Shown: in pieces, positions 9,115 through 19,800 of the stretch
Numbering within the stretch: position 1 is the first letter of the stretch
Layout of the letters: every line of letters starts with the position of its first letter
Assembly (NCBI GenBank): GCA_963760575.1
Contig: CAVXEM010000004.1
Span: forward strand, 8,299-72,298
Origin: Bryobacterales bacterium
GTDB taxonomy: Bacteria; Acidobacteriota; Terriglobia; Bryobacterales; Bryobacteraceae
Length of the DNA: 64,000 bases
Direction of reading: 5' to 3'
Translations under genes and position numbers: made by a program
Notes under the pieces: model-generated
Told to the model about the DNA's origin: nothing
The model's database searches: none
What the model saw: only the letters and a program-made list of their open reading frames with translations

Positions 9115-10600
9115 GAAGCACTGGGGCTATGCGGAATTCCGCGCGCGCCAGGAAGCCATCGTCGAGGCTATCCTGGGCGGGCGCGACGTCGCCGTGGTGA
9201 TGCCCACGGGCGGCGGGAAATCGCTGTGCTACCAACTCCCCGCTGTCGTTCTGCAGCGGACCGCGGTGGTAGTGAGCCCGCTGATCGCGCTGATGCAAGA
9301 CCAAGCCGCGAGCATGCGCGAAATCGGCGTGACCGCGGCGTTTCTGAACAGCACTCTTGACTACGAAGGTGCGCGCGATGTCCGGCGGCAGGCGGAATCA
9401 GGAGCGCTGCAATTGCTGTACGTGTCGCCAGAGCGCATCGTGCAGGAGAACATGTTGGCGTGGCTGAAGCAGGTACCGCTCGCCTTCTTCGCCATCGATG
9501 AAGCCCACTGCATTTCGGAATGGGGTCACGAGTTCCGCCCGGAATACCGCCAACTGGGAATTCTGCGCGAGCGTTTTCCGGAGGTGCCCATTGCGGCCTT
9601 CACTGCCAGCGCGACACGCATCGTCCGCCACGATATCCTGGCGCAACTGGGGCTGCGCGATCCGGCGCTTTCGGTCAGCAGCTTCTACCGCCCCAATCTG
9701 CGTTACATCGTGCACGAGTGCGCGCCGCGGCAGCAGGATGCCATGCTGGACGCCGCGCTCGATTGGTATCAGGAAGGCAATGTAATCCTGTACGCGCCCA
9801 CTATTAAAGCGGTGGAATCGATCGCAGAGCGCCTCGGGAAACAAGGCGTTCCCATCGTGCCTTATCACGGCAAAATGGACACGGCTCTGCGCCAGAGGAA
9901 TCAGGAACTGTGGATGTCCGGCGAGAAGCGCGTCCTAGTAGGCACGCTGGCGTTCGGCTTGGGAATCAATCAGCCGGCCACGCGCGCAGTGATTCACCTG
10001 GCGCTGCCGAAATCCATCGAACAGTTCTATCAGGAGGCCGGCCGCGCCGGACGAGACGGCGAACCGGCCGATTGCGTACTGCTGTGGCAGAAGCGCGACA
10101 TCGGCTTGCTCACGCATTTCGTACAGCAGTTGCAGGACCCTGACGAACGCGAGCGCGCCTGGCAGCGCTATCACACGCTGCGCCGCTTCGTCGAACAGCC
10201 GCGCTGCCGCCATCGCCAGATATGCCTGCACTTCGGAGAAACGCCGAAGTGGGAAACCTGCGCAGCCTGCGATGTGTGCGGGGTCGAGCTCGAGTGGACC
10301 ACCAAGAAATACACGCCAGCTCCGCGCGTGAAGGCCGCGAAAGCGGCAGCGGCGGTGGCACTCCCCACGGCCGTCGATGCAGGCTCGGACTCGCTCCGTG
10401 AGAAGCTGCGCGCGTGGCGGCGCGATCTGGCCAAGCAGCAGTCTGTGCCCGCGTATGTCATCCTGCACGACGCCACGCTCGATGCGCTGTGCCGTCAGCG
10501 TCCGCGCGATCTGGGTGAACTACTTGAAGTCCCCGGCATCGGCGAGCGCAAAGCCGAGCGCTTCGGCGCAAAACTTCTGGAGCTGATTGCGGGCGCTTAG
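9089..10600 (+). CDS. recQ: RecQ-family ATP-dependent DNA helicase (short form: helicase core, Zn-binding Cys cluster, C-terminal HRDC)
   Basis: ...FRARQEAIVEAIL.GRDVAVVMPTGGGKSLCYQLPA...AIDEAHCISEWGHEFRPEY...TATA...CRH..CLHFGE...CAACDVC.... The HRDC-like tail reads ...VPAYVILHDATLDALC...LLEVPGIGERKAERFG. Confidence 0.9.
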   Translation: MSDLRALLKKHWGYAEFRARQEAIVEAILGGRDVAVVMPTGGGKSLCYQLPAVVLQRTAVVVSPLIALMQDQAASMREIGVTAAFLNSTLDYEGARDVRRQAESGALQLLYVSPERIVQENMLAWLKQVPLAFFAIDEAHCISEWGHEFRPEYRQLGILRERFPEVPIAAFTASATRIVRHDILAQLGLRDPALSVSSFYRPNLRYIVHECAPRQQDAMLDAALDWYQEGNVILYAPTIKAVESIAERLGKQGVPIVPYHGKMDTALRQRNQELWMSGEKRVLVGTLAFGLGINQPATRAVIHLALPKSIEQFYQEAGRAGRDGEPADCVLLWQKRDIGLLTHFVQQLQDPDERERAWQRYHTLRRFVEQPRCRHRQICLHFGETPKWETCAACDVCGVELEWTTKKYTPAPRVKAAKAAAAVALPTAVDAGSDSLREKLRAWRRDLAKQQSVPAYVILHDATLDALCRQRPRDLGELLEVPGIGERKAERFGAKLLELIAGA

Positions 10601-10634
10601 TGGTGTATTCTCGTCATTAAGAGGTAGGCTTCCC

Positions 10635-12224
10635 GTGAAAGGCGCCTTGCTTTTTTTCGTCGCCCTCCGCTTGGCGGTTTGCGATCCGCAATCCGCGCCC
10701 GAGCAGCAGCTTTGTACGATCAAAGGCACGGTCACCGACGCGCTCACCCACCAAGGATTGCGCAAGGCCTACTTGAGGCTGGGCGAGTATCCGGCGGTTA
10801 CAGATGACCGCGGCGCGTTTACCATCGACAACATTAAGCCGGGAACATATGTTCTAATGGCGGAACACCAGGGTTATATCGATGGAGAATTCGGCGAGGC
10901 GGATGGCGCGGCCCTAGCAATTAGATTGTCCCCTGGGCAGACTCTGACGGATATCAACGTCAAGCTGACGCCGCAAGCCGTGATCTCCGGTCGCGTGGTA
11001 GATGAAGACGGCGAAGTTTGGACTCACGCGCAAGTGAACCTGCTTCGCTCGAAACGGACCCGCGGCCAGTCCAAGATTGAGGGCTTCGCGGGCGACAGCG
11101 TAAACGATCAAGGGGAATTTCGCATTGGCCAAATTCCGCCGGGAAAGTATTACCTATCCGCGGAACCGGATGCGGGTTGGGAATTTCGACACCAAGCGCT
11201 CTCCCCACAACGACAGCCTACCTGGTATCCCAGTTCCCTCGACCTTGAGGGCGCAACCCCTATCATCGTGAGCGGTGGGAACCAAGTCACTGGTTTGGAA
11301 ATCCGCATCCGCCGCGGCAGCATGCACCGGATACGCGGAACGCTGGTGGGCGCCGAGAATATTCCCGCTCCCGATGGGCCTGAACCATACGCCCGGCGAA
11401 GGGTTTCGGCGCAGTCGACATCAGGCGCGGCTGCTAACGGAAGGGGCGCCATTATTCACCCCGACGGCTCTTTTGAGATCTTAGCAGTTCAGTCTGGATC
11501 CTATGAGATTCGCGTGAGCCAGGGATTTCCTCCCATCAATCTTGGAATGGCAAAGGTTCAAGTAGACGACCGTGACGTGGAAGATGTGTCCATTCAGCTC
11601 ATCCCGCCGCAGCGGCTAAACGGAATGATCAAGATCGCGGAGGAGGGTTCGAAAAAACCTGCGGGGCTTCAAGTGGAGCTCGACCCCGTTCATCCCGGTC
11701 GAAGCTCTTATATATTTTCCCGCGCAGATGGCAGTTTCGAGTTCCCGCCCATTGCGGCCGAGCGATACCGGGTGAGCGTCGGAGGAATCGGACACTATCT
11801 GAAAGAGATTCGCTATGGAGACGCGGTGTCGACCGACGGCACCGTCACTGTCACCGGTGCGGGGGGAAGTCTGCTGTTGGTTCTAAGTCCCCGGGTCGCC
11901 CATTTGACGGGACAGATGAGCACCGCCGCGGTTGGTGCGCCCCGGATCGTGCTGATACCGGCGGGCGCCGGGGACGAAGTTAGACAGGCCACGCTCGATC
12001 AGACCGGCGCGTTCTCCTTCGGCGATCTGCGTCCGGGAACCTACAAGCTGTACGCGTTTGAAGGCGCGCCTGACGGCGTGTGGGAAGACCCCGGCTTCAT
12101 GAAAGAATTTTCCGCAGCCGGAGTAGAGATTCACTTGGACGAGGGCGAAGCGAAGAACGCGGATGTCCCTCTAATCCCCAAGTCCGATCTCGCGCCTGTG
12201 TTGAAAAAGCTCGGCCTCGATTGA
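10635..12224 (+). CDS. Exported carboxypeptidase-regulatory-like (CarboxypepD_reg) multi-domain protein
   Basis: The GTG at 10635 is preceded by AAGAGG, and the signal peptide reads VKGALLFFVALRLAV. Repeats of the type GTVTDA..G..L....V.L...TDDRGAFTIDNIKPGTYVL recur. The track ORF begins at 10587 and overlaps the recQ stop. Confidence 0.6.
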   Translation: MKGALLFFVALRLAVCDPQSAPEQQLCTIKGTVTDALTHQGLRKAYLRLGEYPAVTDDRGAFTIDNIKPGTYVLMAEHQGYIDGEFGEADGAALAIRLSPGQTLTDINVKLTPQAVISGRVVDEDGEVWTHAQVNLLRSKRTRGQSKIEGFAGDSVNDQGEFRIGQIPPGKYYLSAEPDAGWEFRHQALSPQRQPTWYPSSLDLEGATPIIVSGGNQVTGLEIRIRRGSMHRIRGTLVGAENIPAPDGPEPYARRRVSAQSTSGAAANGRGAIIHPDGSFEILAVQSGSYEIRVSQGFPPINLGMAKVQVDDRDVEDVSIQLIPPQRLNGMIKIAEEGSKKPAGLQVELDPVHPGRSSYIFSRADGSFEFPPIAAERYRVSVGGIGHYLKEIRYGDAVSTDGTVTVTGAGGSLLLVLSPRVAHLTGQMSTAAVGAPRIVLIPAGAGDEVRQATLDQTGAFSFGDLRPGTYKLYAFEGAPDGVWEDPGFMKEFSAAGVEIHLDEGEAKNADVPLIPKSDLAPVLKKLGLD

Positions 12225-12227
12225 CGG

Positions 12228-15200
12228 CTACTTGAAGCGCTTGCGGAACAGGAAGTCGATCCCAAACAGCCCGTTGCTATCGCGCACCGCTACGGCGGAC
12301 CACTGTTTGCTGAAGTCCCACTGGATGCGCACGGTCTGTTCCTGGGTGCGGTTCAGGTTGGTGATATATGTGAGGGTGATGTCGCGCGAGATCTGCTGTT
12401 CCAGGGTCAAACGCGCGGCGGGCAAGTTGTCGGTGGCGTCGATGGTCGGGTCGATCTTGACGCGGCTCGCTCCGAAGAAGCGCTGCAGGCGATTCGATAA
12501 CTGCTCGGAAACGGCCTCTCCCAAAATGCTACCGGCACTGCCGAAAGACGCAGCGGAGGTCGCAATTTGTCCGCCCACCTGGCTCGAAGTAGGATCGCGC
12601 CCCACCGCCAGCAGCGCAATAATTTCGTTCGATTGCAGCGGCGGGTCCGAGCTGTAATTCACGGCGAGGCGTTGCGGCGAGCCTGCCACTGTCACCGTCA
12701 CCGTGATGCCGCGGGTGCGGGTTTCGAGGTCCAGGTCGAGGGTGGGCTCGATCTTCACCGGATTCAGGAAGCGGATGTCACCGCGGTTCACGGTATAACG
12801 ATTGCCGAAAATCTGGATTTCGCCGCTATTGACCGTAATCGTGCCCAATAGTGCCGGGCTCAGCGGCGTGCCGCGCAGACGCAGATCCACTTCCGTCTGC
12901 ACGTTGCGGGTGAGAGACGTTTCCAGTTCAAATAGCGGCGCGCTTTGCAGACGCACATCGAAGCGCATGCCGCGCAGATACTCGCTGGGGCTGGGCGGCG
13001 CCGGTGACGGCTTGGAGGCTTCCGCCAGTAGCCTCGCCAGATCCACTCCGGCCGCGATGGCGGCGCGATTCAACGTCACGGTGCCGGAAAGCGTGCTCGC
13101 CTCCGAGGTCCCGTTAAGCGACAGTTGTGCGTTGGACGTGAAACTCACGTCTTCGGGATAGCGCACGCGGACCTGGCGCACCTCGGCCTGCAGGCGATAG
13201 ATCAGCAGATCGCCGAATTCCAAAAAGCCGCGGAAGGCGACGCTGCCGCCGCCGGTTTCGGCTGTCAGCTTCTCAATGGTGGCGCGGTTGCGGTCGAACA
13301 GGATGGTCCCGCTGGCGTTGTCGACACCGTTGGGCACGTCGTTCATATAGAGAGACGCGTTGGCAAAGTCCAGGCGTCCATTCATCTGCGGATCGCGCAG
13401 CGAGCCGCGTAGCGTCGCGTTGACGTTGGCGGTGCCGCGCGCCAGCAGATCCGCATTCAAGAGCTGCAAGATGCCCAGATTTACGGTGCCTTTGACGGCA
13501 AGGTTCGCGCCGCCCGTGTCGTTGAACGGAATCACGCCGGTGGCTTCGAGATTGGTATCGCGCGCGGTGAAATGCGCGGAGGCGATTTTAGCCTCCTGCG
13601 CGGTGACCGACACCAGAATGGGCTGCGTGTTGCGAATCTGCACGTCCTGCGTCTGTACGTCCAGTCGCAGCGCCTGCTGGGGCTTGGCGTTGAGTTGCAG
13701 GGTATCGATCTTCACGTCCGCGCGAAAGTTCCGCGCATCCCGCAACGCAACCGTGAAGGTGGCGCTGCCTTCGATGAAACCTTCGACCGGGGGCGCCGCG
13801 GCTTTCTGGGCGGCGGTGCCGCGCAGCATTACCAGATCATGCAGGGTGGCCACCGTGAGTCGCGGGAACTTCAGAGTGCCGGAGCCCGGAAAATCGCCAT
13901 CCAGACGCCACTTGCCCTGCGCTTCGAAGGCGGTGTCGCGTACCTGCGCTTTCGCCTGCAGCGCTAACTCGTTTCCGCTGGTTGCGGCGGTGAGCGTGAC
14001 ATCTCCGAGCTTTTGCTTGTCTAGCGTGACACCACCAGCCGAAGCTTCCCCGCTCACCGCTCGCAGCAGCAACGCGCCGCGATCGATGTGGAGATCAACC
14101 TTGGCTTTGCCGTCGAGCCGCGCTTCGGCCCCGGGTTCCAGTTGCCGCAACGCCGCAATGCGCGACGCGGCGATGGCTTGCGCGGTCACGTCCACGTGCA
14201 GATCGCCGTTATGGAGGTCGCCCGCCTGCGGGGTATAGGCGCCCGCGAACAGCAGTTTGCCCGTGCCCAGATCCGCTTGGCCTGTGTTGAACGCAATCGA
14301 CTGCCCGGTGTAACGCAGGTTCGCACGCACCCGTTCGAACTTTTCGCCGAGCGCCGTGGCCTGAGTGGCGTCGAGCGCGATATCCGCTTGCGGGTTCCGC
14401 GCCGAGCCGGACAGTTTGACATTGGCGGACGCCAACGCATCCGCATCGACGCTGGCAACAGTAGCGACGCCGAATTCGCGCGCCGTCGAGGCCAGCGGCA
14501 GGCTCTTCACGCTCAACTGCGCGGTGAGCGGACCATCCAGGAAATTGCCGGCGTTGGCGCTGACCACCGCGTCTCCGGTCACCTGCGTCTGCGCGCGCGT
14601 GAGCACCAAACGGCGCATCGCGATGGCTTGGGCGGAAGCCTGCACGTCGGCGCTGAAGCGGTCGAACCCATGGCCTTCCACGCTGGCGTTGGTAACGGTA
14701 ACCTGCCCTTGGAACTGCGGGGCGTCGAGCCGTCCGCTCACCAGACCCACCGCCGCCGCCTCACCCTGCTTGCGCGGATCGAGCTTGAGCGGCAACGCCG
14801 CCGGCGCGCTGTCGCTGAACATTCCCAGGGCCGGCAGTAAGTCATCGAGATTCGTGGAGCGGGCGCGGACATCCAGAGTCTGGCCCAACGTGCCAGATAA
14901 ATTCAAGCTGGTGGCGGGCGTAGCAATACGGGATTCGCCGAAGTTCACGGTACCGGCGCGCTGGTCGTAATGAACGTCAAGCTGGCCTGTAATCTGGCCC
15001 TGAATGGCCGCTGTCGTATCGACCACGGCCCGGCGCTCTCCCACCACCGCATCCACGTCCAGCGTGCCGGAGAGCGATCCGTTCCAGGGAAGCGGGCGCG
15101 GAGTCAACGTGGCCGCGGCCTCGCGCACATCCAGACCGTCGAAGTTCCCATCGAAATGGAAATCCTTCCAATGCTCGAGTTCCGCCTGCCCAATGACCTT

Positions 15201-16232
15201 TGCGCCGAAAGCCGACGCCTGCATGCCGCGTAGCGTAAGGCGTTCCGGGTTCAGGTTCACGGCGGCGCTCAGCGTAGCGTTCTGGATGCGCACGCGATCC
15301 TGCGAATACCCCAATCCACGGGCGTCGATTCTCCCAGCGAGCACGTAATCGAAGGCGTTGACGAAAGAAAAAGTCAGGTCGCCATCGAAATTGGCGCTGC
15401 CCGTCGATGCCACCGGCAGCGAAAACAGCGAAACCGCATCGCGGACGGCAAACGCGGCCTTGGCCTTAAACACGCCGCGGGGCGCTTTTAAGTTGGTCAG
15501 CTCCCCGGCGAGATCGATGCGCGAGCTGCCTAGCGCGATTTGCACGGACGACAGCGCCAACCGCGCAGCATCCAGCGTAAACGCGGCCGCGAAGTCAGCT
15601 TCCGCCGGCGCCATAATATTCGACGCGATGCGCAGACGCCGCGAGGCAACATTGCCGCGGTAGCGCGCGGCCGTTGCGTCACGGGTCATCTGCACCCGTA
15701 AATCCTCGCCGTTGAAACTCAGCGGGACTTGCCGGATATCGATATCCGCTAGGCCGTTGGTCACGGAGTAGCGGTGCACCTTGAGATTCACAAAGTCTTC
15801 CGCCCAGCTCCTGCCGCTCTTGGGGCCGGGCGGCGCAGGCAGGTTATTGGACCCGTCGGGATAAATCACGATGCGCACGCGAGGCTGATCGACACTCACC
15901 GAATCGAGATCGACTTTGCGCTCCAACATCGAAATCACGCGCAGACCCACGCTCGCCGATTCGACGCGTAGCAGCGGCGTTTCGGATTCCGGCTCAGTGC
16001 CATGCAGCACCAGCGGCGAAATTTTTGCCGTCAGCGTTTCCCATTTGAACGAAAAGTTGCCGACTTCGACGTGCCCCCCGGTGGCTGCTTCGATTTCCGT
16101 GACAATTCGCTCGCGCACTAATTCGCGGAACCAGCCGCTACGCACTATTAGCAACCCGGCGACGGCGCCGATCACTACCAGGATCACCGCAGCCACCAGG
16201 ATCTGGCCCGTTAAATGGCGTGCGCGTGTCAC
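12228..16232 (-). CDS. tamB: Translocation and assembly module protein TamB (DUF490 C-terminus)
   Basis: 1334 aa with an N-terminal signal anchor (ILVAAVILVVIGAVAGLLIV), a long beta-rich body, and a C-terminus ...YSSDPPLQSNEIIALLAVG...TLTYITNLNRTQEQTVRIQWDFSKQWSAVAVRDSNGLFGIDFLFRKRFK typical of TamB. The GTG start overlaps the upstream stop (GTGA). Confidence 0.8.
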   Translation of the reverse strand: MTRARHLTGQILVAAVILVVIGAVAGLLIVRSGWFRELVRERIVTEIEAATGGHVEVGNFSFKWETLTAKISPLVLHGTEPESETPLLRVESASVGLRVISMLERKVDLDSVSVDQPRVRIVIYPDGSNNLPAPPGPKSGRSWAEDFVNLKVHRYSVTNGLADIDIRQVPLSFNGEDLRVQMTRDATAARYRGNVASRRLRIASNIMAPAEADFAAAFTLDAARLALSSVQIALGSSRIDLAGELTNLKAPRGVFKAKAAFAVRDAVSLFSLPVASTGSANFDGDLTFSFVNAFDYVLAGRIDARGLGYSQDRVRIQNATLSAAVNLNPERLTLRGMQASAFGAKVIGQAELEHWKDFHFDGNFDGLDVREAAATLTPRPLPWNGSLSGTLDVDAVVGERRAVVDTTAAIQGQITGQLDVHYDQRAGTVNFGESRIATPATSLNLSGTLGQTLDVRARSTNLDDLLPALGMFSDSAPAALPLKLDPRKQGEAAAVGLVSGRLDAPQFQGQVTVTNASVEGHGFDRFSADVQASAQAIAMRRLVLTRAQTQVTGDAVVSANAGNFLDGPLTAQLSVKSLPLASTAREFGVATVASVDADALASANVKLSGSARNPQADIALDATQATALGEKFERVRANLRYTGQSIAFNTGQADLGTGKLLFAGAYTPQAGDLHNGDLHVDVTAQAIAASRIAALRQLEPGAEARLDGKAKVDLHIDRGALLLRAVSGEASAGGVTLDKQKLGDVTLTAATSGNELALQAKAQVRDTAFEAQGKWRLDGDFPGSGTLKFPRLTVATLHDLVMLRGTAAQKAAAPPVEGFIEGSATFTVALRDARNFRADVKIDTLQLNAKPQQALRLDVQTQDVQIRNTQPILVSVTAQEAKIASAHFTARDTNLEATGVIPFNDTGGANLAVKGTVNLGILQLLNADLLARGTANVNATLRGSLRDPQMNGRLDFANASLYMNDVPNGVDNASGTILFDRNRATIEKLTAETGGGSVAFRGFLEFGDLLIYRLQAEVRQVRVRYPEDVSFTSNAQLSLNGTSEASTLSGTVTLNRAAIAAGVDLARLLAEASKPSPAPPSPSEYLRGMRFDVRLQSAPLFELETSLTRNVQTEVDLRLRGTPLSPALLGTITVNSGEIQIFGNRYTVNRGDIRFLNPVKIEPTLDLDLETRTRGITVTVTVAGSPQRLAVNYSSDPPLQSNEIIALLAVGRDPTSSQVGGQIATSAASFGSAGSILGEAVSEQLSNRLQRFFGASRVKIDPTIDATDNLPAARLTLEQQISRDITLTYITNLNRTQEQTVRIQWDFSKQWSAVAVRDSNGLFGIDFLFRKRFK

Positions 16233-16849
16233 TTGAACGCTCCCTCGCGATATACGATCGCGGCCTCGCTGCGCGTCATATCCAGCCAGCGGTCCAGCGC
16301 CTGCATGGTCTGTTGATCCGTCAGCAGCTTCTCTATATCGCCGCGGCTGGCCTCGAAGGTCTGCGGCGGGCTCACCTTGTTGTAATAGGCTCGCAGTGTT
16401 TCCTCGGAGAGTTGAACCTCAGGACGGAAACGAAGATCGGTATAGCGCAGCATACGCAGGCCCGCCAACAACTGTTCCGACAATTCCGCTTCGCTGATCT
16501 GCGCTTGCGCGAGGGCGGCGCGGTATTCCTGATCCGACGTGTAACGAGTCTTGATGGGAGTCAGCAACCCAGCCACGTCCGCGGCAGGGGGCGGAGGCAC
16601 GCGCGTCTCCGTGGCATCTTCCAACACCAGGTACTGATCCACCAGGCGCTCCGCAGCTTTGCGTTTTTGATCCGCGCTGAAATCAGGAGCCTTGCTGTCA
16701 ATGAAGGCCGAAATACGGATGTCCTGCAAGATATCGTGTTCGGAAATCACATGCCGCCCAACGGTGACCGCGATACGGTCGAGGGTTTCGGCGCCGGCGC
16801 TCGTTGCAGTCAACAGCGCCACGATCGCAACTGGGAAGCACCGCGTCAT
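16229..16849 (-). CDS. Periplasmic chaperone-like protein (SurA N-terminal-domain-like)
   Basis: Start is MTRCFPVAIVALLTATSAGA at 16849, sharing one base with the bamA stop (TGATG). The helical ~206 aa protein, ...LDRIAVTVGRHVISEHDILQ...LVDQYLV..., lies between bamA and tamB. Confidence 0.5.
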   Translation of the reverse strand: MTRCFPVAIVALLTATSAGAETLDRIAVTVGRHVISEHDILQDIRISAFIDSKAPDFSADQKRKAAERLVDQYLVLEDATETRVPPPPAADVAGLLTPIKTRYTSDQEYRAALAQAQISEAELSEQLLAGLRMLRYTDLRFRPEVQLSEETLRAYYNKVSPPQTFEASRGDIEKLLTDQQTMQALDRWLDMTRSEAAIVYREGAFK

Positions 16850-19800
16850 CAGAAGGTCTGCCCCAGTGAAAAGTGGAATTGAAAAGCATTGATGCGCTGC
16901 GGCACACCCACGCAAAAGGGTGGGTTGGGCGGAATCCCCGCATTGGGTTTGCACAGGAGCAAATCGTCGCGGGTCCCGCTGAATCCCACGAAGCGTGGAG
17001 CATTGGGGCTGTAACTTAGATCCACGCGAATGGGTCCAACCGGGGTTTTGTAACGGATCCCAAAGCCGACCGACTGAACCATGTAATTGAAATCCTGGTT
17101 GTCTTTTTGACGGAAACGGAAGCTTACCTGGTCGATGCTCGAGTAAACGTTGCCCATGTCGTGAAACAGCACGCCACCTACATTTTCGCCGAACAGCGGG
17201 AAGCGCAGTTCGGTGGAATGGAACAGGAACGCGTTGCCCCCCAGGGGGAATCCGGTCTCGGCGTCGCGCGGCCCGGCCTGGTTATCCGGGAAAGCGCGCT
17301 GCGAAGAAGCGCCGCCCGCGAAGAAGCGTTCCCCCAGGGGAATTTGGGCCAGGCCGCCCAGGCGCTGAATGTAGCCGAACTGCAAAGTTCGCGCGAGCAC
17401 TACCTCGCGGCTCAGCGGATGATAGGTGGAATTGCGAAACACCAGCCGGCTGTAGTCGGTTTGCGAGCCGAACTCCGGCAGGGCGATACCCACGTCCACA
17501 GTATTGTAGATCCCGCGATGCGAATCGGTAGGGTTGTCGCGGCGGTCATTGATATAGGACATAGATAGCAACCCCACGCGCACCGGCTGCGACAACAGAG
17601 GGACCAGCAGCGGTTGGATTTCCAGCGAATTCACCGTGACTTTGCGGTACGCGAAACGGTACTGCAAGCTGTTGGCACGCGATAGGCGCTGCGCCAACTG
17701 GATGGCCCCCTCCATCCGTTGCGCCGCAAACGTGCGCACATCGTGGGACCTGTCGAACAACCCGGAAACCGTCAGCGTGAGATTCTCGTTGCCCGTGAAC
17801 TCCGGCATCAGATAACTGAGTACGCCGCGCTGTTCCAGCGTCGAGGCCAGTGTTTGCAAGCTGAGCGTGCGCGCCCGGCCCAGGAAATTCAGGCGGCTGA
17901 TGCCGGCGGAAACCCGCGGGCTGAAGCCGGTAGTGCCCGCCGGACTGTCAAAATTTTCCACGCCCCCGCCGATCCGCGCCAGCTCCGCGCCAATTCCGAC
18001 GTTGAAGGAATACTTAGCGGCTTCGTCCAGTTGGAACAGCACGTACTTGCTTTCTTCCTTGCCGTCGGGATCCTGTAGCGCCGTCTGTACCTTGGAAAAA
18101 ATGCCTAGGTTGTAAAGGCGCTGCTGGGTTTCGCCGATGCGCCCTTGCGAAATCGGATCGCCCGGCCGAATCAGGATGCGGCTCGAAACCACGCTGGGCC
18201 GCGTGGTTTCGAGACCGCGCACTAGTACGTTACGGACGAACTGCCGCTCGCCCGGCTTGATGTTGTAGTGCAGATTCGCGTGGGTCGGAATACCGGCAGG
18301 CGTCTGCGACCAGTCGAAAGTGGCGTCGGGATAGCCATTGTCGAAAAAGTAACTCAAGATCGCGTCGCGGTCCGCCGCAATATTCGCCTCGCTGAAAGGC
18401 TGACCCGCAGCCGATTGAATCATCTCGCGTAAACGGGCCGTGTCTTCGGGAGACGCGCCTTCGATCTCAAGTTGGCTCACGGTCCACTGCACACCCTCTT
18501 CGATTTCGTAACGTACCCCCAGTTCGTCGGTGCGTCCGCGATAGTCATCGAGAGTGGTGGCCGCCACCTGCACGTCGCGGAAACCGTTGGAGCGGTACAA
18601 GTCGAGAATGGCATTCCGGTCGTTATCGCGCAGCTTCTGCGAGTAACGCCCGTAGCGATTGCGCAACTTGCCGGCCTCGCGCACGGCGAGGCGCTCGCGA
18701 ACCGTAGCGGTATCGAAGAAACGATTGCCGGTGATCTCGACGCCCACCAGGCGGTGACGGGCATTGCGGGTGACCGCGTAGGTGATGCGCTGCACGCCAG
18801 GCGTGGGCGCCTCTTCGTCGAAATCCACCGCCGCGTTGAAATAACCCTGGGACTGGAAATAATCCACCAGGTTGCGGGTGCCTTCGAGCAGCAGGCCGCG
18901 GTCGACCGCGCGCTCCTGGAAGATGGGAATCAACTGGCGCAGCTTCCCCTGCGAGACCTTCGCGCCAGTGGTTTGGACTTCGACCAATGGCCCGTTGTCG
19001 ATCATGATGGTGGGCGTGACCGTATTGGTCTTATCGTGATAATCCAGGCGGTCCAGCGTCACCTTCACCTGCAGGCGATTTTGGTTCTGGAAATCCTTGC
19101 GCACGCGTTCGATGCCGCTTTGAACCCGCTCTTCCGTGGCGAAACTCCAACCCGGAAACTGGATGAAGAGGAGGCCGCGCCGATAGCGAGTGGCACGGAT
19201 GATTTTGTCCGCGGGCTGCTCGAAGGTGCCAGTGAGATTAATGCCATCGAAGCGCGCACGCGGCCCCGCGTTCAACTGGAAGCGGACGCCGATCTCCTCG
19301 GTGGACGGGTTGCGGTCCAGGTCATAGCGGATGGTGGCGCGATGCAAACCGTTGGCGCGCAGCCGCTCCTGCAGGTTGTCGACCGACTGTTTCAGTTGCG
19401 ATTCGTTGAACGGCGCGCCCAGTTCCAGCTTGGTGGCCGTGAGGAGCTGATTACGATTGGGCGGGTCGGCGACGCCCTCAAAGGTAACGCCGCCCACGAA
19501 GTAGTTGAATTGCGTGGAGACGCGCAGGACCACGCCGTCGCCCATGGGCTCCGCGTCGATGGTGACGTCGGCAAAGCGCCCCGTATCGAATAGCTTCTGC
19601 AGAGATTGGCGGACGTCGGCCTGGTGCAGAGGGCCGCCGGCGTGCAGCGGCAGCAGGCGGTCCAACTCGTCACGGGGGAGCGGCTGCGTGGCGGGATCGA
19701 AATCGATCCGCTGGATGGTTCGGCCTTCCAGGTTCTGTGAATTCTGAGCCGGGGCGATCTGTGTAGTTTGACCCGACGCCGCTACGGCGCCGAGCAGCAG